Shown: positions 51,457 through 63,451 of the stretch, piece after piece
Position numbering within the stretch: the stretch's first letter is position 1
How the letters are laid out: each line of letters starts with the position of its first letter
From: Vicugna vicugna
Lineage: Eukaryota
Assembly: GCA_013265495.1 (NCBI GenBank)
Contig: MU057801.1
Coordinates: forward strand, 806,001-870,000
DNA: 64,000 bases
Direction of reading: 5' to 3'
The notes under the pieces: generated by a model
Seen by the model: the letters and a program-made list of their open reading frames with translations, nothing else
What the model was told of the DNA's origin: nothing
The model's database searches: none
Program-made: the position numbers and the translations under genes

Positions 51457-52339
51457 TTTTTAACAGATACAGTTTGATGAGTTCTGACACATGCATATAC
51501 CTGTGAAAACATCACAATGACGGCAGTGAGCGCAGACAGCATTCTGCAAAGCTCCGTTCTGCCCTTGCAATCCTTCCCTCCCTGCAACCCTCCCAGCACC
51601 AGGTCACACGGGTCTGCTTTCTGTTTCTTTAGAGTAATTTTGTATCCCTGGACTTCTATATACATGGAAACAGACTGTACACTGTACACACTATGGCAAC
51701 TTGCACTCACCACCATGGTTTTAAGATTCGTCCCGGTTGCGTGCATCAGTGTTGGTTCCTTTTCACTGCTGGCTGGTACTCCTCTCTGGACGCACTACGA
51801 TCCGTTTACCAGCTCACACGTTGATGAACATGTGAGTTCTGTCCACTTCGTGGCCTTTCCACACAGAGCTGCTGTGATCACTCATGGTCATGTCCTTGCC
51901 CGGACCTGTGCTTTCATTTCTCTAGGAATGGGACACCTAGATCACGTGGGACGTGGGTATAGCTTTTTAAGGAAACTACCAAATTTTTTTTCCAAAGAGA
52001 CTGTCCCATTTTCCACTTCTATTTAGCAAAGGAGGAGGGTTCCAGTTGCTTCGTATCCTTGCCAACACTTGGTACGGTCTGCCGTTTAAATTTTAGCTGT
52101 TCTGGTGGATTTGTAGTGGTGTCTCGGTATGATTTTTAACTTGCATTTCCCTAGGGATTAGTGATGTGAAACGTCTTTGCATGAATATATTTACATTTAA
52201 AAAATCTTCTTCGGTGAAGTGCCCACTTTTCAAAAAATTGAGTTGTCTGTCTTAATATGGAGTCGAGAGTATTGTTCATATATTCTAGATATGAGTCCTC
52301 TTTGTATACAGGTTTTGCAAATATCTTCTCCCATTCTCG
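51457..52339 (-). mobile_element. Old L1M (L1MB/MC-like) 3' region
   Basis: acagtttgatgagttctgacacatg...gagggttccagttgct...tatccttgccaacacttggta...tgcaaatatcttctcccattct. Confidence 0.85.
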
Positions 52340-52830
52340 CCTCGTGGCAGTGCGCTGAGAACAAGAAGTCACAGCCAAGGAAGGCAGGGGTGCCACCGGG
52401 CTGGTTCGTTTCATCCTGGCATCCCTGCTGTTTTAGGAACGGCTCCTCTTACCAGACCTGCCTTTGACTCTTTCCTACCACCTCTAGGGTCTTAGGGCCT
52501 TCCTGTGCCACACTGTGTGGTGCCACACGTTACGTGAATGCCACACACACCTTCTCACCCTCTGCCTGAAAGTGGGTAACAGTCATTTGAACAGCCCCAG
52601 CCCCCAGAACGAATATTTGGGGGGCGTGACAGAGGAGGTGCCCATGATCGAGCCTCCGCCAGCACCACCAACAACACGTTATGTAGGAAGGAAGTGTCTG
52701 CAGTCCTTTTAAGCCCCGAGCTAAGGCTGCAGGTCAGTCGTGCCCCCAACCCTCTCTGCCTCACTTGAGGCAGTGCTGTCTCCCTCCACAATTTTCTTCC
52801 TTACTGGGTAACAGTGGGGCAGTTTTCCCT

Positions 52831-53060
52831 GGTATATCAAATCATCACACTGTACACTTTAAATATATCCAGTTGTATCTGCCAATTGCTCCTCAGTATC
52901 ATGCAGCAGTTACTACTGCTGCATAACAAGTGACCCCAAACTTGACGGGTCCAAAAACCACCACGTGTTCTTGCTCAGGAGTCAGACCGTCCTGCCGACA
53001 TGAGCCAGGCTGGGCTGGGCTGGGCTCACTCTCACTCGTGCCTCGTACAGAAGGAGCCTG
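52831..53060. mobile_element. ~65-bp L1MA-type 3' end (+) joined to an MLT1 fragment (-)
   Basis: gtatatcaaatcatcacactgtacactttaaatata followed by tgctgcataacaagtgaccccaaac. Confidence 0.7.
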
Positions 53061-53245
53061 GGGCTCTGTGTGCACTGGCCCAACAGGACTCCGCCCCCGT
53101 GTTAGTCCTGGCCCCGCTGCTCTGTCTCTGTGGTTCTCTTTCCTCTCCTTGCTGCACGCACGCTGCCTCCAGCGTGGCTCACTGGTAAGCGTCTGGATTC
53201 CCTTCCTCGTGCTGCTGGGCCCACAGGGGTCTGTGAGCCTCGGGA

Positions 53246-53480
53246 CTGTCCTGACTCGGTTCCCCAGGTGGCAGATCCTGAGGAAAATATTTGTGGGTAA
53301 GCAGCTCATCCCAGGGAGTGAGAAGTGGGGAGTGTGAGGAGGACAGGGAGGCAGCCAATACACGGTGTGCTCATGAGGAGGCTACCACTGCGGGAAACTG
53401 GGCACGGTCCCCCTGGGGGTGTATCGCACGGTGGTCCCACCCAGGGGACAAAGAATGGAACCTTTGCTGGACGGAAGCTG
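53246..53480 (-). mobile_element. ERVL LTR fragment (LTR16-like)
   Basis: ggttccccaggtggcagatcctgagg...ggcagccaatacacggtgtg...taccactgcgggaaactggg. Confidence 0.55.
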
Positions 53481-54524
53481 TTCGGGGGTGGGGGGCAACT
53501 TCCTTCTGCGTCGGGTCTCTGCTCCGAGGCTTCTCCCTCCAGGCTTCCCTGCAGAGGGACCGCTGGCCCAAGGGTTTAGTCCAGTCACTCAGGAGCCCCC
53601 TTCCCTCGTTCAAGCCCACAAGAAGTAGCTGAAGTCCGGGACCTGGTGGATAATCACAGAACACGCAGAGGCTCGGACAGCACCAGAAGCAAGTCTGATC
53701 TGTTTTCTCCTGGGGCAAAACCGTCCAAAGTCACTTTTGAAGGAGGGGCCGGGGGAGCTGGAATCTTGCATTCAAGGGCAGGCTGTGCCAGGCAGGGCGG
53801 TGGCCGCACCTGTTACGGCATTGTGTCGGATGCCCGACATAGACCTCCGCTCCTTTATCCCTGTGAGCATCACCAAACAGAGGTCTGCTTTTCATGGGGC
53901 AGCAGGTATTTTTAGTGATTTATCATGAAATGTTTTGTTACATGGAATGACGGGCTCCTGTAGGACAGTAGAGTGATTCCTTGGAGGCTCATGAATTGAA
54001 AGTCCACAAAGGAATTTAAGCAGTTGGATGCAAACTAGCTGACCGATAGGAAGAGTTTAAAGATGGCCCAAGTTCTCAGAAGCTATTGTGTCAAAACTCG
54101 CACAACGTGGCTTCTGAGCCTGCTCTGCTTCGAAAATGAAGCATGGGTGGTGACAAGCCTCTGTGTCAGAAGCTTAGATTCAGCCCCAGACCTCGGCTCA
54201 GTGACTCTGTACCCGTGCATCTTCCTGCCTTTTAGATTTGCACCTCTCGCAGGGCTGAGCCAGACCGCCGTTTTGTTTGCCTTGACCCCCTCCAGTCGAT
54301 ACCCAGCAATGCTTGTGGTCGGTTGTCTGGATTGATACTGGTCTGAGTAGCTTCTTGCTTTCCAGGGTGAATAACCTCTGCCATATCAACCTGCAGATAT
54401 GGGTTAATTGGTTGGTGCATTTGTTTATTCAGGAAGCACTGCTGGGAGTCTGTGGGACCAGTCTCTCCGGAGGCTCAGCGCCCACAAAGCCCGAGGCTTC
54501 CTTCACCATCTGATGTCGAACATT

Positions 54525-54612
54525 CACGTTCAAAGGCAGGAAAAAACCGATGTCCCAGCTCAAAGACTGTCAGGCAGGAGGAATTCTCTCTTAACTCAGG
54601 GGAGGGTCGGCT
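54525..54612 (-). mobile_element. MLT2-like LTR fragment
   Basis: ggcaggaaaaaaccgatgtcccagctcaaagactgtcaggcaggaggaattctctctt. Confidence 0.65.
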
Positions 54613-54957
54613 TCCTGCCTGTCTGCCCGGGAAGAGGGAGTGGCAGGCAGGCGCTGGAGGTGGGAAGCTGTCAGTGCACGTGGGAACGGCCCACCAGCTG
54701 CGGCCAAGCGCGAGCTGGGCAGTGAGGATGTGGCCACACTGTCAGGGCCCCACTAAGACCCCCACCCAATGTTGGCTCCTCTCCGTTGATCACCTGTTTG
54801 GTGGTCTCTCTCCTTTTTCCACCGAGGAGCTCCGTGCGAGGAGGCACTGTTTCCACTCCTGGCTGTATTCGCCAGCCTCGCACGACGGTCAGATCTGTGT
54901 ACACTTAGTATTTATCCAGTGAGCAGAGGCCATCGTCTTCTTTGGGGCTCTCTGTGT

Positions 54958-55086
54958 CCTGGTATAAATCATCACACCGTACACTTTAAATATATACAGT
55001 TGTATTTGCCAGTTACACCTCAATATCATGCAGCAGTTACTATTGCTGCATAACAAATGACCCCAAGCATGATGGGTCCAAAAACC
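54958..55086 (+). repeat. Direct copy of 52828-52959
   Basis: Hand alignment: 12 substitutions and one 3-nt indel over ~130 bp; flanked by gctctctgtgtcc at 54947-54959 and 55111-55123. Confidence 0.92.
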
Positions 55087-57824
55087 TGACAGGTCCCAAA
55101 ACACAGATGAGCTCTCTGTGTCCCTTACCCCATTGTTCTCCAAAGACAAGACCACATCTTCCCCAGCCGCAGCTGACCTCGGGGAGGGGCGGAGGAGGTT
55201 GGCCAGGAGTTCAGTTTGTTTGGAGGCCACGTTAAGCTCTCTTGGCTCCCTCTCTGGTGCGGAGGCAGGAGGCCAGGGACAGGGCTGAGCCCTTGCTCTG
55301 CCTCGCGACCACTCCTGGTGGGAAGCAAACCTTTAGTTCAGGCATCTTGGCAGTCAGCAAGGGCCTCGCTTAGGCTCCAGATAACAGCTCTCTCTCCTTC
55401 TCCCCATCGTAAAGGTCTTAAAGGCTGGCTGGCTGTCACTGGGCGTCCAAGGATGAGCAGCCCCTCGGCAGCCCGGACATCTGGCTGGCACATGGTCCCC
55501 AGGCAGGTTCACAGACCGGCTTTGTAGTGATGTAGAGAGAAGCTTCTTCTGCCAGCTTGGGCTGAACTAAATCCTCTATGAAGTGATAGATCCAACATTT
55601 CCAAACAGGCAGGGCTTAGGGGCAGCCATCTGGTTGGAAGGGGGACTCGGGTACTTGAACTAGAGCCGCCTCGGCGGGGCGGGCCCCTGGACGCCACGGA
55701 GGTGTGCGCTAGTCCGGGACGGCTTCAGGGAGGGGAGGTAGGTATTGGAGGGAACCTGAAGGGTCCCAGCCCTCGGTCCCTCGTTCCTCATGAACAAGGC
55801 AACCCTACGGCTAGGATGGGCAGCCGCGTGACGGGGGAGGAGCACAGAAGGCAGCCCTGACCTTCAGCCGCCAGAACTGCGCCTGAGCCCAGCTCGTTTT
55901 GCTTTTACGGATGCGTGTGCTTTGGGAGGCAAGTCAGCTTATATCTCTGTTTAGAAAGAAGAATTATCACTCTCGAACTCAGATGAAGGTCTGCTGTTTC
56001 TACTGTTACAATTTTTAATAAATGCCCTGGACCAGGCCCTGCAACCCAGACCCTGGCCTCCATCTGTCTGGCTGTGAAACCGTGTTCATCTCATTGTTAA
56101 TCAATCTGCCCAGATTTCAGAATTTATCATTCTCAGCAGTTCACTGAATGAAAACAGACGTCCTGCCAGAAATTCATGGTCATAGAGAAGCATCTAATGT
56201 CGGTGAATAGCAAGTAAAACAGAGGCCAAAGTGCCCACCTCAGACCACAACTTTGCCCCACAGGGTCAGTGCAGTCTGGGGACGTCACAGACGGAGGTCT
56301 ACCCCACGCCTGCATGTTGGGAGTGGAGCCCTGAGCCTTCCCGAGAGACCTAGGATTTACACACAAAAGGGAGTAAACCTTTCGGGGTTTAAGGCGCGTA
56401 CGTCTTGCCAAGACGAGAGAAGGAGCCAGCGGCAAACACGACGCGCACCGTAGGCTGAGGTCTCCTCCGTCCGCCAGCAGCCGACCCGGCAGAGACGCCT
56501 GCTTTTCCGGGGCTCAGCCCCTGAGCCGCCTCAGGGGGTCTTGTGGCCTGAAAACTGGCTATTTCCAGCCCTTCCTGCAACTGTGCCCGCCTTTTGGCTT
56601 TTACTGCTGAGGAATACGAACAACTTCATGCCATGTGTGTGTCCTTCGTGTCACATGTGTGTCCCTTTACCAAAGAAAAGGCAGCTCCACCTCAAGCCCT
56701 ACAGCTTTGACCACTCGTGTGGGGACGCCAAGCAGGACGCCAGGGCCGCGCACAGAGCCGCTCCAGCCTCCAACACGCCACCCACCATCTCCGAAAGCTT
56801 GGAAGCCCCGAGTCCAAGTGCAGACAGTAAACTACTGACAGAAGTCCGACGTGAGCATCGTGGCAGCTGAATTCAAAGTCCCAGCAGATCGACAATGGAT
56901 TCCACTGGGGTTTATTCAGATCGAGTGCAGAGGACAGACGGGGACACGTTTGGGGGCAGCTTTACAGAAGGAGCAAGGAGGCAACGTGACGTCCAGGGTC
57001 ATGTGTGATAAAGTCACTCATCACGTGACGGCTGACACGGCTTCTTGTCTTCAGCCCGAACGCAGCCAGTCGATGAGCAGGCCCGTCCTTCAAGGGCCAC
57101 AGGGAGGCCTCCTGCAGCAGCGCCGTCCGCGGCCTCGGGTTCCCAGGACGTCCAGAGAGGGCTGGCGCGTGTCCTCGTTCCTTCCGGGGAAGGACCCCCA
57201 GCGCGAGCCTCTGCGCGGCCCGTCTGTTTCTCCTATGGCTCTGCCGAGTTCACCTTCTTAACCCGACTGCCTCGCCCCTCAGAATCCTCCAGTGGCTGAC
57301 TCCCAGGGACTAAGGAAATGCCTGCTAAGATCATGACGGCCACCCACCCGCTACACCCACCCGGCATCCATTTCCACTTGGGTCTCAGATCATTGATTTT
57401 ATTCCAGGAAGCAATGGTTGTTACCAGATGGCATCGCCAGCCGCCCTTGCACCCAGGGTGGCCTATGAGCTGGGGGGCTGGACAGACAGGCACTGAGCAG
57501 AGGGGGAGGCAGGGTCCGGCCTCAGCGACCACCGGATGCCCCAGTGAGTCACTCTGACCTGCGGTGATGGAATGCTTGCATGTGGAAGCTTCCTCCTGGA
57601 CCTGCGAACCTTAACTTAAAGGCATGAGAACTTGAAGATACTACTGCAGCCCCCAGGAAGAAGGAAGCCCTTTCCCAAACCCCGTGCTGACTGCAGTGAC
57701 TCCTCCAGGACTCGCCCAGCCACGAGGTGGGGCTCCGACGGCTAACCTTGGTCTCTCGGAGCTCCCGTCGGCAAGGAAAAGCCCTCATCAGACAGACAGA
57801 GCTGTTATAAAAAAAGAATGAGTC

Positions 57825-58085
57825 TTGTAAATAAGGTCACTTGTACCATTTTTTAGAGTCCACGTATAAGTGATATCATATGATTTCTGTCTTTCTCTGT
57901 CTGACTTACTTCACTTACTGTGATAAGTAAGTCCAGCCACGTTGCTGCAAGCGGCATAGTCTCATTCTTTTTTATGGCTGAGTAGTGTTCCCTGTGGTGT
58001 CTATGTGACACACACATATACCACATCTTTTTTATCCATTAACACAACACAGTAAATCAACTATACCTCAATAAAAATTTTTTTG
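57825..58085 (+). mobile_element. 5'-inverted L1 stub (57825-58040 antisense, 58041-58085 sense)
   Basis: Antisense L1 segment abuts sense terminal aacacaacacagtaaatcaactatacctcaataaaaa; degenerate TSD. Confidence 0.8.
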
Positions 58086-59457
58086 AAAAGAAAGAGTGGA
58101 CTTTTGAGTAAATCAGTCTTGCTGGTGAGTGTCTATTTCCTAAGAAACTGGAAGAAAAAAGAAGTTCAGTTAGATATTTAAAAGCCCCTCTAACATAAAG
58201 ATAAGGTTAGATTTTAAAACCAAGATGAAAACATGAGGCTTCAAACCGTTCCTGATGTCTCTGCATAATCTTTTCTTTACCGTTTTACCAGTTTGCCACT
58301 TCATTACTATCCTTCCTAACATCCACCAGTCAATTAACCTAACCTCTCTATTTATTCACAATTAGCATATTTTATATTATGGACAGGAATTCGGTCTCTC
58401 TTTTTTCACCCTTCTTTTTCATTTTTCAGGTCCTAACTTAAGGCTTTCTGTACAAAAAACATTCATTAAGTCCTTGGGGACATCGCTGTAACTGAGCTGC
58501 GTGTCACTTCCACACGCACCATCCGCCCCCTGAACAGGCAGCTGGCATGAACCCCAGGCTTAATAAGCTGCCACAGGTGAGAAGCCAAGTCGGAGTCTGA
58601 GATTTCAAGGACACTGAGATGGTTTCAGGGGCCCGACTTTCTCCTAACGCTGCCGGAGGAGCAGGTGAGTGCACGGGAGTTCAGAGGTGGCCGCTAAATT
58701 GTCTGCTAACTTTCCCCTCCTCCTTAAGCAACGATACTAACAGAAGTCACACTTGTGGAAATTCACACACGCACTTTCCTCAGTCTCATGTAAGTCTTTT
58801 CTCACTTAAAAGCAAAGGATCTACCACACACTTCTGTCTCTTCCGCTCCATAATATTCAACTGAGGTAAAAGTTTAATGATGCAAAAAGGAACCCATAAG
58901 AATAGAGACCTGGGGGGTACTGATGAGTGACGGGATTCCAGCAAATTTCTGGAAAGTGGGCAATACAGGAAGCATGTTGATGACAAAACAAGGTGAAAGG
59001 ACCCGCAGCCTGGACCACCCTGCGAGGTGGCCGCAGGGAGAGGGGCCTGACTGGTCGTCTGGATTTCCCTGGGCTCCAGTCCTGGGACCAGGGGGAGCAG
59101 TGGGGGTGGGGTGGGAGATGGGCTGAAAGGGGTGGGAGGGAAGGAGGACTCACACAGCTGCTCCCAGAGCCCCGCTCTCTCACGCAGAACCTCCATCAAA
59201 GCCTGGGACCCTCCTCTGCAAAAGCTGAACGTGCAGGGAGGGCCTGGTCTCACGGCGGGTGTTAAGACACACTCAGAATAGGGAGGGGGTTTCTTCACAA
59301 CGGACTTCGCCGGACTCCTCTGGGCCTCCCCTGTCTCTTGGTTTAGCGACCACAGCCCCGGCCACTCTGCCAGCCCTAGCTGCCTTTTCGCAAGCACAAT
59401 TCCGTGATTCTCAGGGCTCAGGAGGGCTGAAGAGAACCGTTATTAAAAATCAAATCA

Positions 59458-59648
59458 GCTATTTTATACATAGTAGTGTGTATCTGTTAATCCCAAACTC
59501 CTAATTTATCCCTCCTCCCCCTCACCTCTCCCTTTTGGTAACCATAGTTTATTTTCTATGTCCATGAGTCTATTTCTGATTTGTAAATAAAATCTGTATC
59601 TTTTTTTAGATTCCAAAATCAGCTCCATGTCAATAAAAAATAAAATTA
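59458..59648 (+). mobile_element. L1 3' UTR stub, probably 5'-inverted
   Basis: Antisense 3' UTR 59458-59615, then sense aaatcagctccatgtcaataaaaaataaaatt. Confidence 0.75.
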
Positions 59649-59700
59649 AAAAATTAAATTATATAAACTTACAATTAAATAAATCATATCAAAAACACAA

Positions 59701-59840
59701 GTAGAGTACAGATCAGTAGTAGAGTGTGTGCTTAGCAAGCATGAGGTCCTGGGTTCAATCCCCAGCACCGCTGTTAGAATGAATAAATAAATAAATAAAC
59801 CTAATTACCTCTTTCCACCAAAAATTTTTAAATAAAAAAA
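59701..59840 (+). mobile_element. tRNA-derived SINE (Vic-1-type)
   Basis: gtagagtgtgtgcttagcaagcatgaggtcctgggttcaatccccagcacc (intact B box); aaataaacctaattacc; A-rich tail. Confidence 0.9.
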
Positions 59841-60993
59841 CCCACAGGTAATCAATATTCAAAACTCATGACTTCCTACGAACTTCACTTCATTTTACTT
59901 TTACATGTCACTGATGTCTACTGAATCTGTATGATGAGAACACCATACAAGGCACCTTGTCCAGGTCTGCGTTGACAGCAGCCTGGTGTCTGTGCCACGG
60001 CACTAGGAGAGCCAGGTGACAGCCGCTCACCAGCCACACAGCGGCAGTCTGCCAGGACCTCCCCTTGCGCCTGCATGCACAGCCTTCACCTCCTGCCCTG
60101 GAGTTTAATGAGTGACCCGGGACCCCATGGGGTCACGCACCAAGCCCACGTGTGACTCCCGAGAGAGCAGCGTGGGGTCAGGGGGCAGTTCCGTGCGCTG
60201 GCACTTCTGATGAGCAGGAGATGGAAGGTGGGGGGCAAATTCTGGCCTCGTTCCCTCCTGCAGGCAGACTGCTCTTACGCCCCGGCCGAGAGCATCGTCC
60301 GCGGAAACGGAGCAAAGGACTGCGCTCAGTGGCGGGCCCACCAGCCATCCAGCCTCCTGGACTGGCTCTCCCGCAGCCCCTCGCTCTCTGGCTCCCCTGC
60401 TCTGGGACTGAGCTTCCTCGTAAAGGCAGTGCCTCACCTCAGGCTCTGCCTTCGTGGGAAGTCAGGGTAAGACAGGTCTCGATGACGGAAGTGAGCACGG
60501 GGTGTCGGGAAGACAAGGGATGGGGCTGGACCAGAGGCCAGAGCAGGCGGACCAGCACAACCCTGGCCGAGGAGGGGCCGGCGGGCGGGGAGGGGAGCGG
60601 TCAGCAAAGCGGGATGGTGGGAGCGCCGTTCTGGAAAGTTCCGAGACTTCTGTTGAGGGGCACAGACAGCTGGACGCAGCTCCCAGGGAGGAAGGCAGGG
60701 AGGTGGGCACCCAGACCACACTGCCCCCTCCTCTCTCACCTCATTGACTAAACTCGCTGGGAACCAGAGAGCAGAGGTGAGGGGATGGGAACGTGGGAAT
60801 GGAAGACCTTCCCCACGTGATCCTGGAGCAAAATCTGTCACCCAACAGTCGCAAAGTGGGTCTCGTGGTCCCAGGCACTGTGATGCAGCCGCTGAGGCCC
60901 TGCCGGCTCTCAGCCCAGTGCAAGGCTCGTCCCCGCTCTGCTGTTTCTCAGCTGTGACTTTGGTCCGCGTTGCCGGCCCGGCCAGCTCCTCTC

Positions 60994-61012
60994 TAGTGCC
61001 CTCTGCTGGACG
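60994..61012 (-). promoter_or_regulatory. Candidate CTCF site
   Basis: Minus strand reads cgtCCAGCAGAGGGCACta, matching the core CCASYAGRKGGCRS. Confidence 0.55.
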
Positions 61013-61167
61013 ACAAGTAGAACTCCTTGCTGAAGACTAGTAATAACTTTTTCAGTTTGGGGTCTTTTCTGGTGGTGAATTTACAGCGATCGCTCCAAAG
61101 CCCAGCACGTCCCCGCAAGGCGAGCAGCGGGCTGTGAGCTGTCAGGAGGCTTTCTAGGGTGTGGGGA

Positions 61168-61703
61168 TGAGGTGGGAAGCCCCACGAAAAAGACCGGCAA
61201 GACCCCGGGGTAAGGGCCACTACCCTCCCGCCAGCACCATCCGGTTCCCTGGCCCAGAGCCATTAGCTCGCTTTTTAAACTCTGAAACGGCTTACTTCTA
61301 GGAAAGCAGAACTTACCCCTAAGATTCTATTGGTTCCCTGAGCTCACTCCTGATTGGTCCATTTGTAGTGCTTCATTTGCATGGAGCTCACTCCTGACTG
61401 GTCCATTTTCCTCTCCCCTGAGTGGTCCATTTCTACAAAGCTTGCTCCTAATTAGTCTCCTTTGTTATACCCTATTTGCATATGATGTTACAAAATGTTG
61501 CAAAGTCTAGACCGGTAGCCTATAAAAGGCTGTGTAAACCTACAGACAGGGACCAGTGCTTAGAGTGTTAATTCTTCTGGACCTGCTGGCTTAATAAACC
61601 TGAGTTCTCCAACTCTCCGAGTGCTGCTCGGTCTCTCGCCTGGACCCAGGTTGCTGTGACAACTGAGCTGAAACACCGAGCTGTAACAGACTTTGCTGCA
61701 ACA
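61168..61703 (+). mobile_element. ERV1-type solo LTR (536 bp)
   Basis: TG...CA termini; perfect TSD ggga (61164-61167 / 61704-61707); TATAAAA 61521-61527; AATAAA 61593-61598. Confidence 0.88.
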
Positions 61704-63451
61704 GGGAGGAGAACCCTGCCTCCTGTCTGGTCTCAGAAGGGGCCCCAGATAAGCACAATGCAGCCTGACACGGGGAGGAGAGGAGGCCGGGTGCTGGGCT
61801 CTGCCCGGAGGGTGCTCCGCTGTCGAAGGTGACAAATTGGTCACCAGTCTCAGAAGTACGACTCCCGGCTGCTGGGAACTTCTGCCTCTCCAGCCCCATC
61901 TTGCTTAGCGGGTGGTAAAGAAATGTGTTCTTGCAGTGGAGGGGGCTAAGCATGTTACATCAAACCCAGAACTGGTTTTTCTATCTGCCTTCTCAAGGGA
62001 CAAACAAGGGTTATTATCTAAGATCCTCACTCAGTATTAGGCCTATGGGACCTTTTGCCCGGAAATAAATACCTTCATGTTAAAACCTAACTCTCCCATG
62101 GTGTTTACTGGCCTGTTTCGCTCATGAGACTGATTTTGTTGAGGTAGAGAGATCCAGGCCTCCTTGGAGCTCAGATTTTGTTCTTTGATGGATGGGTGGA
62201 TGGATGGATAGACTGACAAACAAAAGACACGATCTTTTTTTTCCCTCCTTGTGTCTTTTGAAAACATTTCAAGTCTCCTTTATGTACAGAAATACGGAAA
62301 AAATAATCATCGTAAGTACTGATGGATTTTCCGAAATTTAACTCACCTCTGCACACAGCGTCTAAATCCGCAGAGAGCCTTTCCAGACGCCTTCCTCATA
62401 TCCACCAGCCAGGGCCCTCCCCTAAGGTGACCACAGACAGCATGGGTTTTCTTGGCCGCCTTTTGTACTTAAAGTAGAATCAGCCAGTGTGTTCTCTCTC
62501 CCCCTACTCTGAATTATCATTGATTTCCGTTTCTGACTCCTGGCATCATGGGCTCCCCTTCGGTGGGTGTGTCCTCCTGCGTCTGGCTTCAGTCCCTCCG
62601 TATCCCGCGTGTCAGGTCCACCTGCGCGGCAGCACACCGCATGGACCGCTCACTACCATGCAGTGCGGAGTCCTGTTGCATCGGCGTCCCACGGTTGAGT
62701 TTGGGGTCTCCAGAATAGACCCCAATCAGGGACCTGAGCGTGAGGGGCGATTTGGGAGATGAAGGAAACGTGGTGGGCGAGTGAGGAAACAAGAGAAGAG
62801 GGGGAGACTGTGAGTGATGGGCTGTTATCAGGCAGGTCACCGCCGCGGGCCGCTGGCGCTCAGCCCGCCGGTCCCCCGGGAGACAGGGCAGGCTCGCCGG
62901 GAAGGATGAGGGGCTGGGGTGTGTAGACCCCCATGCCCCTTAGTCACTGGCTGAGGCCTCACCGGCCAGGGGCCGGCTGTGTTCATCCCCGGGCTCCCCC
63001 CACTGCTCAGGGCCAGGCCGGGGGCTCTGGCACCAGAGAAAGGTCTTGGACAAAGAAAAACAGGCGAAGGCAAAGGGGGCAGCGCACTGCCGGGCTCCGC
63101 CGCAGGCTCGTGGGGCTTGGATCTAGGCTGGCGTGTCTGCACTCAGTGGAGAACATTCTGGACCAGGCCCGGTGAGGACATTTGCCTTCCTTGTTCACCC
63201 AGCTTCTGTTCCTCCTTTTTGACGTCTCCTTAGGGGACTACGCTTTCTGTTACAGGCAGCCTTGGTGGGGTTGTGACCCATGTGAGGTCAGTCCCGTGAG
63301 GCAGAAAGGGGTTGGGACTGGCCCATCCCGGTGGTGGGGAGTCGACGGGCTGTCCAGCAGTTCTCACAGCCTAGACCCCTGGGCACTTGCAAGCTAAGGT
63401 CTTCCTTTGAGTTTATGGACTGCGCATGTTCTAATATACTCCTCTTACTGG

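Noticed and set aside
61340..61432. Spaced direct repeats as a CRISPR-like array
   Set aside because: Only three degenerate copies with irregular spacing, inside a retroviral U3 region of a mammalian sequence.
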